From Azolla caroliniana (Eukaryota > Plantae > Polypodiophyta), in the NCBI GenBank assembly GCA_043228905.1, contig JBHGNT010000012.1, forward strand, positions 20,832,001 through 20,896,000: DNA of 64,000 nt, given 5' to 3'. Position numbers and translations under genes: made by a program. The notes beneath the pieces are model-generated. The model was not told where the DNA came from and did no database searches. It saw only the letters and a list, made by a program, of their open reading frames with translations. Position 1 is the stretch's first letter. Each line of letters begins with the position of its first letter. Shown here one piece after another: positions 47,801-59,900 of the stretch.

Positions 47801-50568
47801 CCAAAGCTAATTGAGCTCTTAAAGGAGAAGGGGAATATGGGAATTTTGGAACCATCGAATGCTCCTTACTCTAATAGGTGGTTCACGGTGCCGAAGAAGA
47901 ATGGATCATTGCGATTCATCCAAGATCTTCAACCCATCAACAAGGTGACAATTCGAAATGCTGGAATCGGTCCGAGCGTGGACGAATTTGCCGAGGCATT
48001 TGTGGGCTAGTCCATCAACTCCATTGGCGATCTTTGCTCCGGATATGATGAATTTCAGTTGGCAATTGACAGTCATGACATTACGACCATGAGGACTCTG
48101 ATCGGGCTCGTGCAGATGTGTACCTTACCTCAAGGTGCAACAAACTCGATGGATCATATGGTGAATGCCATGAAGAAGGTCTTGAAGGATTGCATCCAGG
48201 ACATCACGATGCCATTCTTGGATGATATTCCGATAAAAGGATGTTCAGATGAGGAGAAAGATGAATCGAAAGATAAGGAAGGGTGTAGAAAGTTCGTCGT
48301 GGATCATATGAAAGATTGCGAGAAGGTGCTTCAAAGGCTCGAAGATGCGAATTTGACATTTTCGGGAGAAAAATCTACGTTCGGGCAACCAGAGATCTTG
48401 GTGGTAGGTCACTTGTGTGGAGCATACAGCCGAAAGCCTTCGCCATCCAAGGTGAACGTGATCCAAGACATGAAAGAGGAATGCGTAAACCAAACGGAGG
48501 TTCGAAGGTTCCTTGGAGCATGCACGTTTTATCATATTTGGATTCCACGCTACGCTCATGTCGTCAAGCCATTATATGGACTACTAAAGAAAAGAATGAA
48601 GTTTGAATGGCGAAGCGAGCATACAAATGCGATGCGAAGATTGAAGAAACTACTTTTTGAAGCTCCAGCACTAAGAAAGGCCGACTATACCGAAGGGAAG
48701 CCGATTTATGTGACTATAGATACGAGCCCAACCGGAATCGGGTGGGTCATCAACCAAGAAGGAGAAGATAATGCGCGGTATGCCATCCGGTTCAGAGCAA
48801 AGGTTCTCAGCGAACGACAACAAAGATACACCCAAGTCAAGCAAGAACTTTGGGGTATTGTGTCGGCAGTGAAGACGGAAAAAGACTACCTGATTGCGTC
48901 GGAAGTAATAATTGAGACAGATTGACTCCCAATCCTCGGGATGATCTAAGGATGTGCGACACCAGATCTAGCTATGTTAAGGTGGATCGCCTATATCAAG
49001 TCTTTAAACCCAGAGATCCACCATATTGCAGGGAAGAAGAATGCCATGGCTGACATGTCGTCGAGGGCAAGATTTGAGAATGAAAGTGACATGGTTTCGG
49101 AAGATGAAGACATCACCCTCAACTTCTTCAAGATGGCTCGACTATCAGCGAAAGACAAGGTCACACTAACCCTCCACACCTTCAACGAGGACGAGTACGA
49201 AGGGGAGTGGTTACTAATTGGCAGATTCCTAAGAACAATGACGACAGATGCTTCGTTGACGAAGGAGTACGCCCTACGAATATGGAAGAAAGCTTACCAA
49301 TACTTCTTGAAGGGAGGATTCCTTTGGCAAAACTCAAAAAGAAGGATAGGAATACCACGTCGAGTGGTGGTGAAGAAAGAAGAGCAAGTGACGGTAATGA
49401 CCGAATTCCACGAGAGTGCCTGGGTAGGTCATAGAGGAACATGGGGCGACATTTGAGAAGTTGAAGGAGAAGTACTAGTGGCCAAGCATGTACAAAGATG
49501 TACTCCATTTCGTGTCCACATGCGAAACATGCCAAGTACATTAGAATATACATCATCGTGATGAGCTACGACCGACATACCCGCTCACCATACACTTCAA
49601 ATGGATGGTGGATCTAGTCTCAATGCCAATGGGAGTGGGACAAATGAAGTACTTAGCTCTAGCAAGAGAAGACTTGACAAATCAAGTGGAAGGACGGGCC
49701 TTGACAAATAAGACGATGTCGGTTGTTTGCAAATTTCTACTCGAAGAGGTTGTCTACCGATATGGATGTGTGGGAAAGATAGTCACCGACCGAGGGGAGT
49801 TGGATGCACACGAAGCAACGGAGCTTTTCAAACGACTAGGCGTGAAGCTCTCCCTCACGACTGCCTGCAATCCAGAAGCGAATGGGAAGATCGAGCAAGG
49901 GCATGGACCTATCGTCAAAGCCATCATACGAGCATGCAACGATCAAGTCGGGAATTGGCCACAACTATTGCCCTATGTAGGCTTGTGGATTGACAAAACG
50001 ACACACAACTCGGTGATAGGGTATATGCCAACGGAGCTTATGTATGGACAAAAGCCGATAATGCCCATCAAAAGGACGATTGCCTCATGGGTAGCAATAC
50101 CATGGGAGAACCAGTTGAGCCAAAGAAGAGTTATTAGCGGCACGGATAAGGCAACTTGAAAGGAAACCTGAAGATCTAGAAAAAGCGTGAAAGATGATGG
50201 AGACAGCCCGAGTGAAGAACAAAATTTAGTTCGAAAAGACGCATCGAATGCGTCCCAAGAAGATCGAAGAAGGAGATTGGGTATTGGTCTACGACAGCAG
50301 CCTTGACAAGCAACACAGTACAACAAGAAAGTTTGCAAGAAGATGGTTCGGACCGTATGTAGTGATAAGTGCCAACGACGATGCCACATACCACCTTGCG
50401 GAGCTAGATGGATCAAGGTTGGTCATACCCATTACGGGAAAAAGAGTAAAGATTTTCAAGAAAAGACAAGACGAGGATCCCAACCTCGATCACCTCGACG
50501 ATGAAGATAGTAGGACGGAACCTACAAACTTGAGTTATGTACATGAGGAAGTGGAGGAATCTTATTGA
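44868..50568 (+). pseudogene. Gypsy gag and pol of element 19177-51775, with stops and frameshifts
   Basis: gag with CVWCDSMDHMRRDC; protease ALINHGSEIN (catalytic D apparently mutated); RT PFLDDIPIKG; RH IDTSPTGIG; IN VDL / TDRGE / NGKIE; GPY motif; no chromodomain. Confidence 0.92.
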
Positions 50569-51803
50569 TCACCGTAGCCAAAATCTCACACTCTCTCTTC
50601 TTGGCACGTACTAGAGGACGTGCGGTTTGGTGGGGGTGGATGTCATAAAGATTTTCGCCCACGATGTGAAAATTGCATGGAATGTACAAAATCGAGTGTG
50701 GTTCTTCACACACAATATGGAACAATAATAATGAAGATATTATTTTATATCTTGGTACAAAAAGATTGATGTCTTCAAGAGCTTCCGAATACATTTTACA
50801 TGTGAAATGGACAAATTATTATCAAGTTATGTGAATGAGAAGTTTGAGAAGAAGAAGAGAAAAACAAAATTGTGAGATATCCCACATAGATAGGACAACA
50901 TTAGGATGTAAGATTATATAACTAGAGCCATATCTCTTTATATTTTATCGAAGTGCTAGGAGCACAAAAGGGTTGGGTTGTCTAACTTGGATGAAAGGAT
51001 GCAGCCAAGTTATTCAAATTAGTGTTTTGGACAGAGCCGGAACCGGACGGACGGACGGACGGCGACGGAATCGGAACCGGAACGAATAGACCAGGTCACT
51101 GGGTCGAAAGCGGACCGGATAGACGGATCGATTAGATCGGTTGATCGCGACAATTTCGGTGTGAAACGAACAAAATATCTAGACTAAAAAACCTAGTAAA
51201 AGTTTGTATACAAAGGGATATATATCAAGCAAGGCTTGAACCTTACACCTCCAAGATAGGAAGCAATAGACTTACCACTAGGCTATGTCATTTCCTTAGA
51301 AATGTTTTTCCTATCATTATAGTTTTACATGTAAATTCTCATATTAGAGCTTGATTAAGCGACATGGTTATCATGCATCACATGTGATGCATGAGCGCCA
51401 AATGGCAAACATGCATCACATGCATTCCATGCATTGTATGCATGTCTTGTACCCTCACATGCATCATATGGATGGAGCATCTATAAAAGGGTGGATGGAA
51501 AATATCAAAAGGAGCGATGTATTAATCAAGAAATTAAAAGTAAGAAATTTGTTATCCAATTGATGTATCAACCTTGTTCTTCAAATCTAAAGTCAAGAGT
51601 TCAATCTTAATCTCTCTCAATCTAAAGTCAAGCGTTCTATCTTATCTCAATCTCTCTCTTTCAAACTATCTTAATTCCTTTCTCGTTAAATCTAGTGCAA
51701 ACTTCGAGTCCTTCCCGTCTAGAACCCCGGCGGTTTCGCCTCACGATCCGAACGTAGTGGCGGATCTTCACGACAACGGTATCCTATGTATGTTACAACC
51801 ATG

Positions 51804-52150
51804 GTCCACATGAACATAGATAGACAACTAGGAGAAGACCATGCAAGGTCAAAGCGTGTCGGTCACACATGTGATGTTTTTTTAGCACAAAATGGTGTCA
51901 ACAACATTCCAAAGAAACATCATCGAGATATTGAACTCTTCATCCCAACATTCATGCAAGTATTCTCGAATGGATTTCTAGTATTTGTGAGCATGAAATA
52001 CCACTTATGCCCCTTTCAAAAAGTGTGCAAATAAATGTTGAGTACTCTAACTTAGCCCCAACTTCACAAAATGCATTGTTACAATATTGGTCTTGATGTT
52101 GTTAGGGCATATCCTCTACAAAAAAGCAATTGCCTTGCCACAAAACAAGA
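51804..52150 (+). pseudogene. Old Ty3/gypsy RT relic, right part
   Basis: Degenerate ...TFQR...FIPTFMQVFSNGFLVF, matching the F-x-D-D region. Confidence 0.45.
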
Positions 52151-53539
52151 AGATAATTTAAGACATAATTAGCCCTACCAAAAGTAAGGCCCTTTCCCAT
52201 TTTATCGAGCATATAAGGCAACATAGCCAAATGCTCTATTAACTAGAGAACTTTGTGACATCCCTTCATGTCACATTCCATCCCACACTTTTAATTATAT
52301 AGACATCGAGGAGAAGGCGCCCAAATCCCTTAGGTTCTTCTATCACATGCCTATTAATATTGCCTCCCTCACATTTTTGTCACCGCAGTCAAAACCATGC
52401 TAATCTACTTGTAAGATCCAAGGGTATGTTTCTATATGCCTATTAAATACAGGAGGCGAGGGAATCGTAGCAACGGGCGATGTATGGAATGCTTCGAAAT
52501 CGTGTGAAATTTGCCCCTGTTATTGTGCCATTATTTCTAACCTAACTCTCCCATTGTCTCTCCCATTTTCAACTCAACTTTGTATCTATCTTCGTCATTT
52601 CTAACCCAACTCTATCTGTGTTTTCGTCATTTCTAACGTAGTCCATATATTCTCTTATGAATATGGAAGTTGATGTGCAGAATAAGATTAAGGACCTGTT
52701 AGTGATTCTAGCAAACAATATAAGTAGCAAGCAAGGTAGAGATGTGCATTGTGATAGGATTCAAGAAGATGAAACAAACAATTGCACACAAAGAGAAAGA
52801 GATGTTTGAGCTCAAAGAGAATGTGTTACATTAACGACCGAACCACCTTTACAAGGTCAGTTACCCACTTATATAGTCAGGTTAATTGAGTGGTCACACT
52901 AGAGATACAAGGTGGGTGGAGTGGGACTTTTATCCCAACATTCTCTAACCACAAAATGGAATTTTCTACCACATACTAAAAATTCTTCCATTTTACAACA
53001 TGGGATGTTTCCACATATTAAAGTTCATGTGAACAAAGGATTGGTTGTGGGAAAACCTGTCATGTTCTTCAAAATACATGAAAGACTATGCCACTCACAT
53101 GATTGTCGTTTTGCTCAAACTGAAGACCTCCGTAACTCAGAAACCGATGTGTAGTTCATGTTTCGAGCATTACACCTATTGTCCTAACTCCTCCCCATTT
53201 GGTTGACATATGCCAAAAGTTTAGTCGATAAACAATTGAGTTCAAAGAAGAACACACATGTACTATTACTTGTTGATAAACTCTATTGCAACGATAAAGC
53301 TCAAAAAGCTCTCAAAAAAAGATAAAGGTTTCCTAGCTCGAATCATTAGGGTAGTTATAGCCAATAACAAGGTAAAATGGTAAAAGATAATACGAAAATA
53401 AAGGATAATATAATTATATTAAGAAGATACGAACAAGATTACGAGAATATGCCGAAGCTTGATGCTGATCCATAATGGTTCATTAATAACTAAAGCACTT
53501 GATCATGTAGCATGGTCAAACCCATGCACAATTGCTACT

Positions 53540-53980
53540 TGTCATTCTTGCATTATCATGCGGAGGGCCAAGATTATATATGAGACATTATGTAAGTACA
53601 CATGAAGTGACTTGACTTATTGGACTTATTGGATAAAGATTGCATACTTACAATAGTGGACATATGTTCAAGTGCTTTTTGTAACCTTCTCATAATGACT
53701 ATGGTATTATGTACACATGCTATTTTGTATAGGTCAATAATTCCCGATAAATATGATGATATTTTAGACAAGCATGACAATTTAAGTGTAATACTCAAAT
53801 ATTCAATGATAGGAGTGATCACATGTGTTCATGCATTAATGTTCACATAGAGAGTTTTGCTACACAATAGTAACCCCCCTCTCACGTCTAAGATGATATG
53901 TTATCTATTCAATCCCAATGGTCATAACTATCCTCATGCACAAAAAAATAAAAATATAATTCTATTCTATTCAATCTCAT
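53540..53980 (+). mobile_element. Degenerate LINE 3' fragment related to 17990-18400
   Basis: Similar sequence (..KYDDILDKHDNLSVILK..; CACATGTGTTCATGCATTA; GATGATATGTT) to the LINE relic at ~18100-18330. Confidence 0.45.
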
Positions 53981-54309
53981 ATGTTGCTTCATAATCTAAT
54001 CAATAGATTCACAAAATAAGAGGTAATGTACCCCATTGTGTTGATATATAATTAACAAAACAACTTCCAAGGAGGAGAATGCATCCCCATCAATATCTGT
54101 GCATAACACTTAACATGATCCGAAGAAGAAGTGGAGGTTAGTGAAAGCTCAAATTTTGGCGATTGTGAACAAAAATTGGTTCGAGTGAACCACAACCCAA
54201 TCACTTCCCTTCAGGAGTACTAACCTCGAGATAAGCTACTAACCAAAGGCAATTTCACCGCCAGAATAAGGTCAAATCCTCGTTTCTCAATTTACAGTTG
54301 CATGTTGTA

Positions 54310-54675
54310 ACAATCTATAACCATAATGCATAATGTCACATACATGAACACCCATTCCACTAGGTCTTCGAACCAATAGATTGTTAAATGTCTCTCTCAT
54401 GAAGCCCATTCCCGATCAAAAGACATGATGAATACAATATATAACCATAATGCATAATGTCACAAACATGAACGTCCATTCCATTGGGTTTTCGTACTGA
54501 TAGACCGCTAGATGTCTCTCTCATGAAGTCCATTCCTTATCGAAAGACATGATGAGTACAATCTATAACCATAATGTATAATGTCACAGACATGAATGAC
54601 CATTCCATTGGGTTTTCGAACTGATAGACCACTAAATGTCTCTCTCATGAAACCCATTCCCGATCAAAGGACATG
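54310..54675. repeat. Tandem repeat, ~124-bp unit x3, upstream of the HflX gene
   Basis: ACAATCTATAACCATAATGCATAATGTCACA... recurs at ~54310, ~54434 and ~54558. Confidence 0.88.
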
Positions 54676-55062
54676 AGGAGGTAACCATGGATGCTTCAAG
54701 GGTTGATTGATACTTGCTAGTTAGTTAAAAATCATGGAGGGGCATTTTTGTGGTGGAAATATGGAAAACTCAAGGGCGTTCGATGAGATAAACAGAAAAT
54801 TCACACATACATTCAATCATAGTACGTAATATTTGCGTTTCGTTAAGCATTCTTGTGTTTTTTTTTTTTAACACTTTTTTACCTTAACTTTCTTACCCTA
54901 AAAAAACATTTACCTTATAATAAGTAAAGAGTGCAAAAGTATGGTATTTACCATACTTCGAGGGTGTTTTGCATACGCGAATGCGAATGCGAGAATGATA
55001 CGTATGCTTCATACTATGCATTCAATCAAAGAAGAAGGAAGAAGAAGGAAAAGATAGAAACC

Positions 55063-56926
55063 ATGGCTACTCTGACGCAGAGTATCTTCTCTTCTCCTTC
55101 ACCGCAGCCGCGTCCATGGAGCTCTCCCGCCTCTCTGAAGCCCAAATTCTGCACCTTCCCATCGTTTCATGCTCCGTTTCTTCACTGTACCCTCTCTTCA
55201 CCCCCTGCAAACAACAGCGACAGAAGATTTCTGGCCGTCAATCCTTCTTCTTTGCACTTCGCACAACCATACCAAGAAGAGGAAAATGAAGAAGACGAAG
55301 ATGATTATGATGATGTAATACAAGTTCTCGACAGTGATGATGATGATGATGATGATGATGATGGCGGTGTTCTTCACAATGAACATGGAAATGGCTCGTT
55401 ATTTTCCATCCAGAGTGAACGATCTGTACTGCTCGATTCAGAAGACAATACTGATAGTGAAACCCCAGATTACTCAGACAGATTCAAGCTTCGTCATGGT
55501 CGAGAGGTAGGTCTCTACATTTTGCTCTTTTTTGTGGGCCAGACAAATCTCTGTTTTTCTGTTTTATTTAATGTAGCGAATGATCACTCCTAATATTGTA
55601 TATATCATTACAAAGAAGTAATTAATGCATTATAACAATGAGAACGGGTAGATAATAGAACCCCCTTGTCTATGCATGGTAGCTCTGTCCTTAATTTGAC
55701 TAGTAAATTAAATGCTTAGTCTTGCACATCCATACATCAAGATGAAGAAGAAATTAAATGAGTTTATATACCAAAAACCCTTACCATTGTTATGACCAAC
55801 TATAGGTAGATAAAGGCCATCTACTTCATAAATGGTCCTATCTCTCGCCTTAATTTGATTCTGAATGCACAATTATGCATATGCTTAGAATAGAACATGG
55901 AAGGGGAAAAATAAATGCAAAAGAGCCGTTAAATCCTAAAAAATCGGAAGTTTTCTCCAGTTCATAGTAGTGCAGATGATAGGTGGGCGAAGGACTCTAA
56001 GCTTAATTGGACTCTAAATTCATAGTTAATGCATGCTATACAAAGGAATAGTTAAACCATTTATTATTTTGAAACCCTAGATCATAACCAGATCATAACC
56101 AGATCATATTAATGCAGACTCTGGATGGCTAAAGGCTGTCCACTACCAATTGGGCCTTTGTCTAACCTTAATTTGACTCCTACTGCATATTTCCACGCGT
56201 GCATAGAACATTTTGGAACAGTCAAGAGTCTATTAGACACTAATGAATTTCCTTTCAACTATGTCCAGAAAAACTTGGAATAAAACCATAGGTTCTTGCC
56301 TTTGAACCAGATGCATATATTACTCCTTCATAAATGGTATTATAGATGAAACTCTTTATATCTGTGGATGTCTCTAAGCATGCACATGGTTTATATTTGA
56401 ATCCCAATGTAAGGTTTCACACCAAACTTCAAAATGATAGATGATGTTTCATGTTACAGATCCTCCGTTTCACATTGTTACTATATATATATATAGCTTA
56501 ATTACTTCTACTGGTATTTTGTCCAGATTCATTTGCAACCAGTAAACATGTCTCTCTTAAAACTTGAATGCAACGTCAATTTTTGTCGATCCCTTAAAAA
56601 TTAAATAATTTAGGTGTGCATTTGTCTTCTGTACTTCCTGGTCCTGCCATGTATATAGTAACATTTTCTTTAAACTGTAGTATCTGTGATGTAAGGTATG
56701 CAAGGTTGATCTATATTGTCTAGCCTTAGCATGTTTTCTCCTGCATTGATAGAAAGTGCATTTATATTGAGATCCTGACCTTCATGTAGATAACATATAG
56801 ATCTATGATTGAATATTCCCCATTTGTGCACAAAGATTGCAATAATATTTTTGCCATCCTATAATCAGCTATTGTTTTAGCTGCAGGTATCACATTCCTC
56901 TAAACTTATAATCTCCGAAAACCCAT

Positions 56927-56965
<39 letters not shown>

Positions 56966-59900
56966 TACACAATATATTTACTGTGTAATATTTATTTTAT
57001 TTTGATTTGTTTGCAAAGACAAGACAACACTTAAGATGTAATCTCTTATTTGGTCTTATAGGCCGTTTTGGCCTCTTAAAAGACGTTAATATATCTTTCT
57101 TTCTTTCTTTCTCTCTCTCTCTCTATATATATATATTTGATTGGTATGGCTTTAAAACAAAGTTTTAATATATCTAAACAATTGCCTTCTTTTTTGGGAT
57201 TGGTACAAACATGTAGTTATAAACAACCATTTCCATATTTTCAACTTCCAGTTTATGAAATTTTTGATTTTTTCTCATGATTTATGTTGGTAGAACATAG
57301 ATGGATTATTGTAAATTTCTGGTCTTTCAGTCATCCCAGAATTCTGTAACATGCCCAGCATCTATTATCCTACAGTGAACGTAACTAGCTCTTTTGAGAA
57401 ATGTGTCGCAGATCTAAATATATGTTATATTTCTATTCCAGATTTTTCAAGAGAGGGCTTACCTCGTAGGCATAGAGCGGAAAGGGCAATCTTCATTATT
57501 TGGTATCACTGACTCTCTTGCAGAGCTAGCACAATTAGCAGATACTGCTGGCCTTAAGACAGTAGGATCCACTTATCAGAAGTAAGTTACAACATATAAT
57601 TATGATGCATTTGTTAGAAGCCAACCACGAACACTGGTCTATTACAAATGCAATTCTCTAAGGGTAAAATTTGTTGATAAGAAATAAATCAAATAGTGTA
57701 GAAAGAAAGAACGATATATTAATGTCTTTTAAGAGGCCAAAATGGCCTACAAGACCAAACAAGAGATTACATCTTAATTGTTGTCTCGTCTTTGAGATCA
57801 ACAAATCAAAATAAAATAAATATTATTTAGTAAATATAGAAGTAAATAAGATAAAAAAAGACAAAAGAATCTGGTTTTTGGCACATGTGAGATTTCCAAG
57901 CTAGATACATTATAACTTTTGTCTTCAAAAGATCTCTAGCATAGGTTGATCCAGAATGGAGAGGTTTCCAAAGTGAAGGAAGCACATCCAATGGCGGGAG
58001 ATAATGGCCTTTATCTGTTGATGACAAGGATGTTGAGGTCGTGGTCCATGGGGTTGGGGCCTACATGCACAACAAATTATTATTGCTTGATCTATTGTAA
58101 CCCCTTTGTTATGTCTTGGTTGGGAACCCATTTTTGTATCCCTTGATTGACTTGTAGCATTAGTAGATGGGCCTAAAGAAAGTTGTGATTGTTCTTTGTG
58201 GATGAGCTTATGTGGCTGTACTATTGTCCGTCAACAACTTTTCCTTATGTCTCTTAAGTTCTAGTAAGAAAAGTCCTAGGCATTGTTGGTCCTCATATTC
58301 CATTACCTTGCGTAGCAGGCCAAAGCTTTGTTTAAATAGGTAATGGTATCTCCCTTTGACTTCATAAAAGACACTATAGTGACAAACATAGTGTTCTTCG
58401 GATTCCACTCTTTGATGGCACGATTGGCAAATTCTTTCTTCTAGAGGTATTTGTGTATATCTAGCTACCTCAATCTCAAACTGATGTTATGAAGTTCACA
58501 GCTGCCTATCAACTGCGCAGGGCATAGGATAGATGTATGTCCACATAAGATGGCCTGATGATGAATCCATTTACCGATGTGTGTAAAAAGTGTCTTGTAG
58601 TGGGCCATCTTCGTACCAAGTGATATTTTGGGGCTGATCCATGCTATCTTGTTTTCCAAGTTATTAATATCAGTTCCGATCACTCTATTCTTTTCCACTT
58701 TGGTCATATTTAGATGGGGAGAGTTGAAGCTATATTGGAATGGGGGTAGTGCATTTATACTTATGCCTTGAACCATTGCCGCATTTCAGCATACCAACAA
58801 TGAATGTCTCCATTTTCAGCCAGTTGTCTTGATGACATAAGTGCATGTAGAAAATGCAGGGATCTTAGACAACACTCACACAACAAGATCACCTAGAAGA
58901 ATTAAGGACATATCAGTAGATTCGGAAAAACGAGCACTGGTTACAAAGATGTAGAATGGTTTATACGTATAACCAGTATCTACAGGTAAGTGGAAACCCA
59001 ACAATCAATTAGGTTCACACTCTTGTTGTGCCTGTAAGAAGCATAACAGAAAGGCTAGATTTGAGCATAACCAGCCAGCCATTAGTGATGATAATATGCC
59101 TCAGGTGGAACCAGATATGGCTGGAAATCATGAAGCCTGTGCAATGTTGCCAAAGAAGATGGACAACAGCCTAATGTTGAAGGTGTCGTGATCCTTCCCA
59201 ATGTACATCTCATGCCTGATAACATAAACCATTGAGAAAGGTCTACTAGAAATTTAGGAGGCCTTTACAAATATACGATTCCTGCTCGCTGTATGTTATG
59301 TCATGATTCTTGAGTTGTCTGGCAAGCAACGGAAGCCAGTTTTCTTATTGCATTTGTAAGAATTGTTTGATGTCTTTATCATAGAGTTAGAGATTGGCTA
59401 ACCAGCATTCACTGAAAGAAGATAAGCTACACTAAGGATTTTATCATATATTGCCTGGTACCAAAGGACACTGCCTACTTTCCTTTTGATAAAATATGTA
59501 TCTACCTTGTCTGAAAAGCTGATGAGGTACATCTGCGTTGCTTCTAATGATTTAGTTTTGTGGGTATAAATTTCTCGCAGAATGGTCAATAACTTTTCTC
59601 TAGCCCTCAATCAGTCTTCTAATACAGTGAAAGTGCCAATCTCTCAGACATCTTCTATTGAATTCTTGTATCAAATACAGGCACAGAGAAATATAGATTT
59701 ATGAACTAAAATGCATCAACATTTCTATAGAAGCATATGGTTCATGATAGAATCGAAATGTTATTATAAAAAAATTTAAATTGCCATAACTGCAGTTTTA
59801 TTTTCTTTGTCTAGATGAACTTATGAGCTAATATGATGTCAAGTTATTTACAATTTTCTGAACAATCTTCATATAGGCTTGATCACCCTAATCCAAAGAC

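Larger units (their letters stand above)
19177..51775 (+). mobile_element. Ty3/gypsy (non-chromovirus) LTR retrotransposon with its 5' LTR split by the DNA transposon
   Basis: 5' LTR = 19177-19685 plus 44259-44795, collinear with 3' LTR 50641-51775. PBS TGGTGAACCCGACGTGA at 44804-44820 (tRNA-Trp 3' end). PPT at 50631-50640. Flanks ACCG/ACGG. Confidence 0.93.
18765..51803. mobile_element. hAT-type MITE (~436 bp native: 18765-19176 plus 51780-51803) split by the gypsy insertion
   Basis: Exact 8-bp TSD GTCCACAT at 18757-18764 and 51804-51811; imperfect TIR CATTGTTGTTAAAA / CATGGTTGTAACAT; many subterminal ACGTATT motifs. Confidence 0.8.

Noticed and set aside
52697-53369. Additional solo LTR
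   Set aside because: TG...CA-like ends and LTR-like composition, but no TSD or partner copy could be confirmed.
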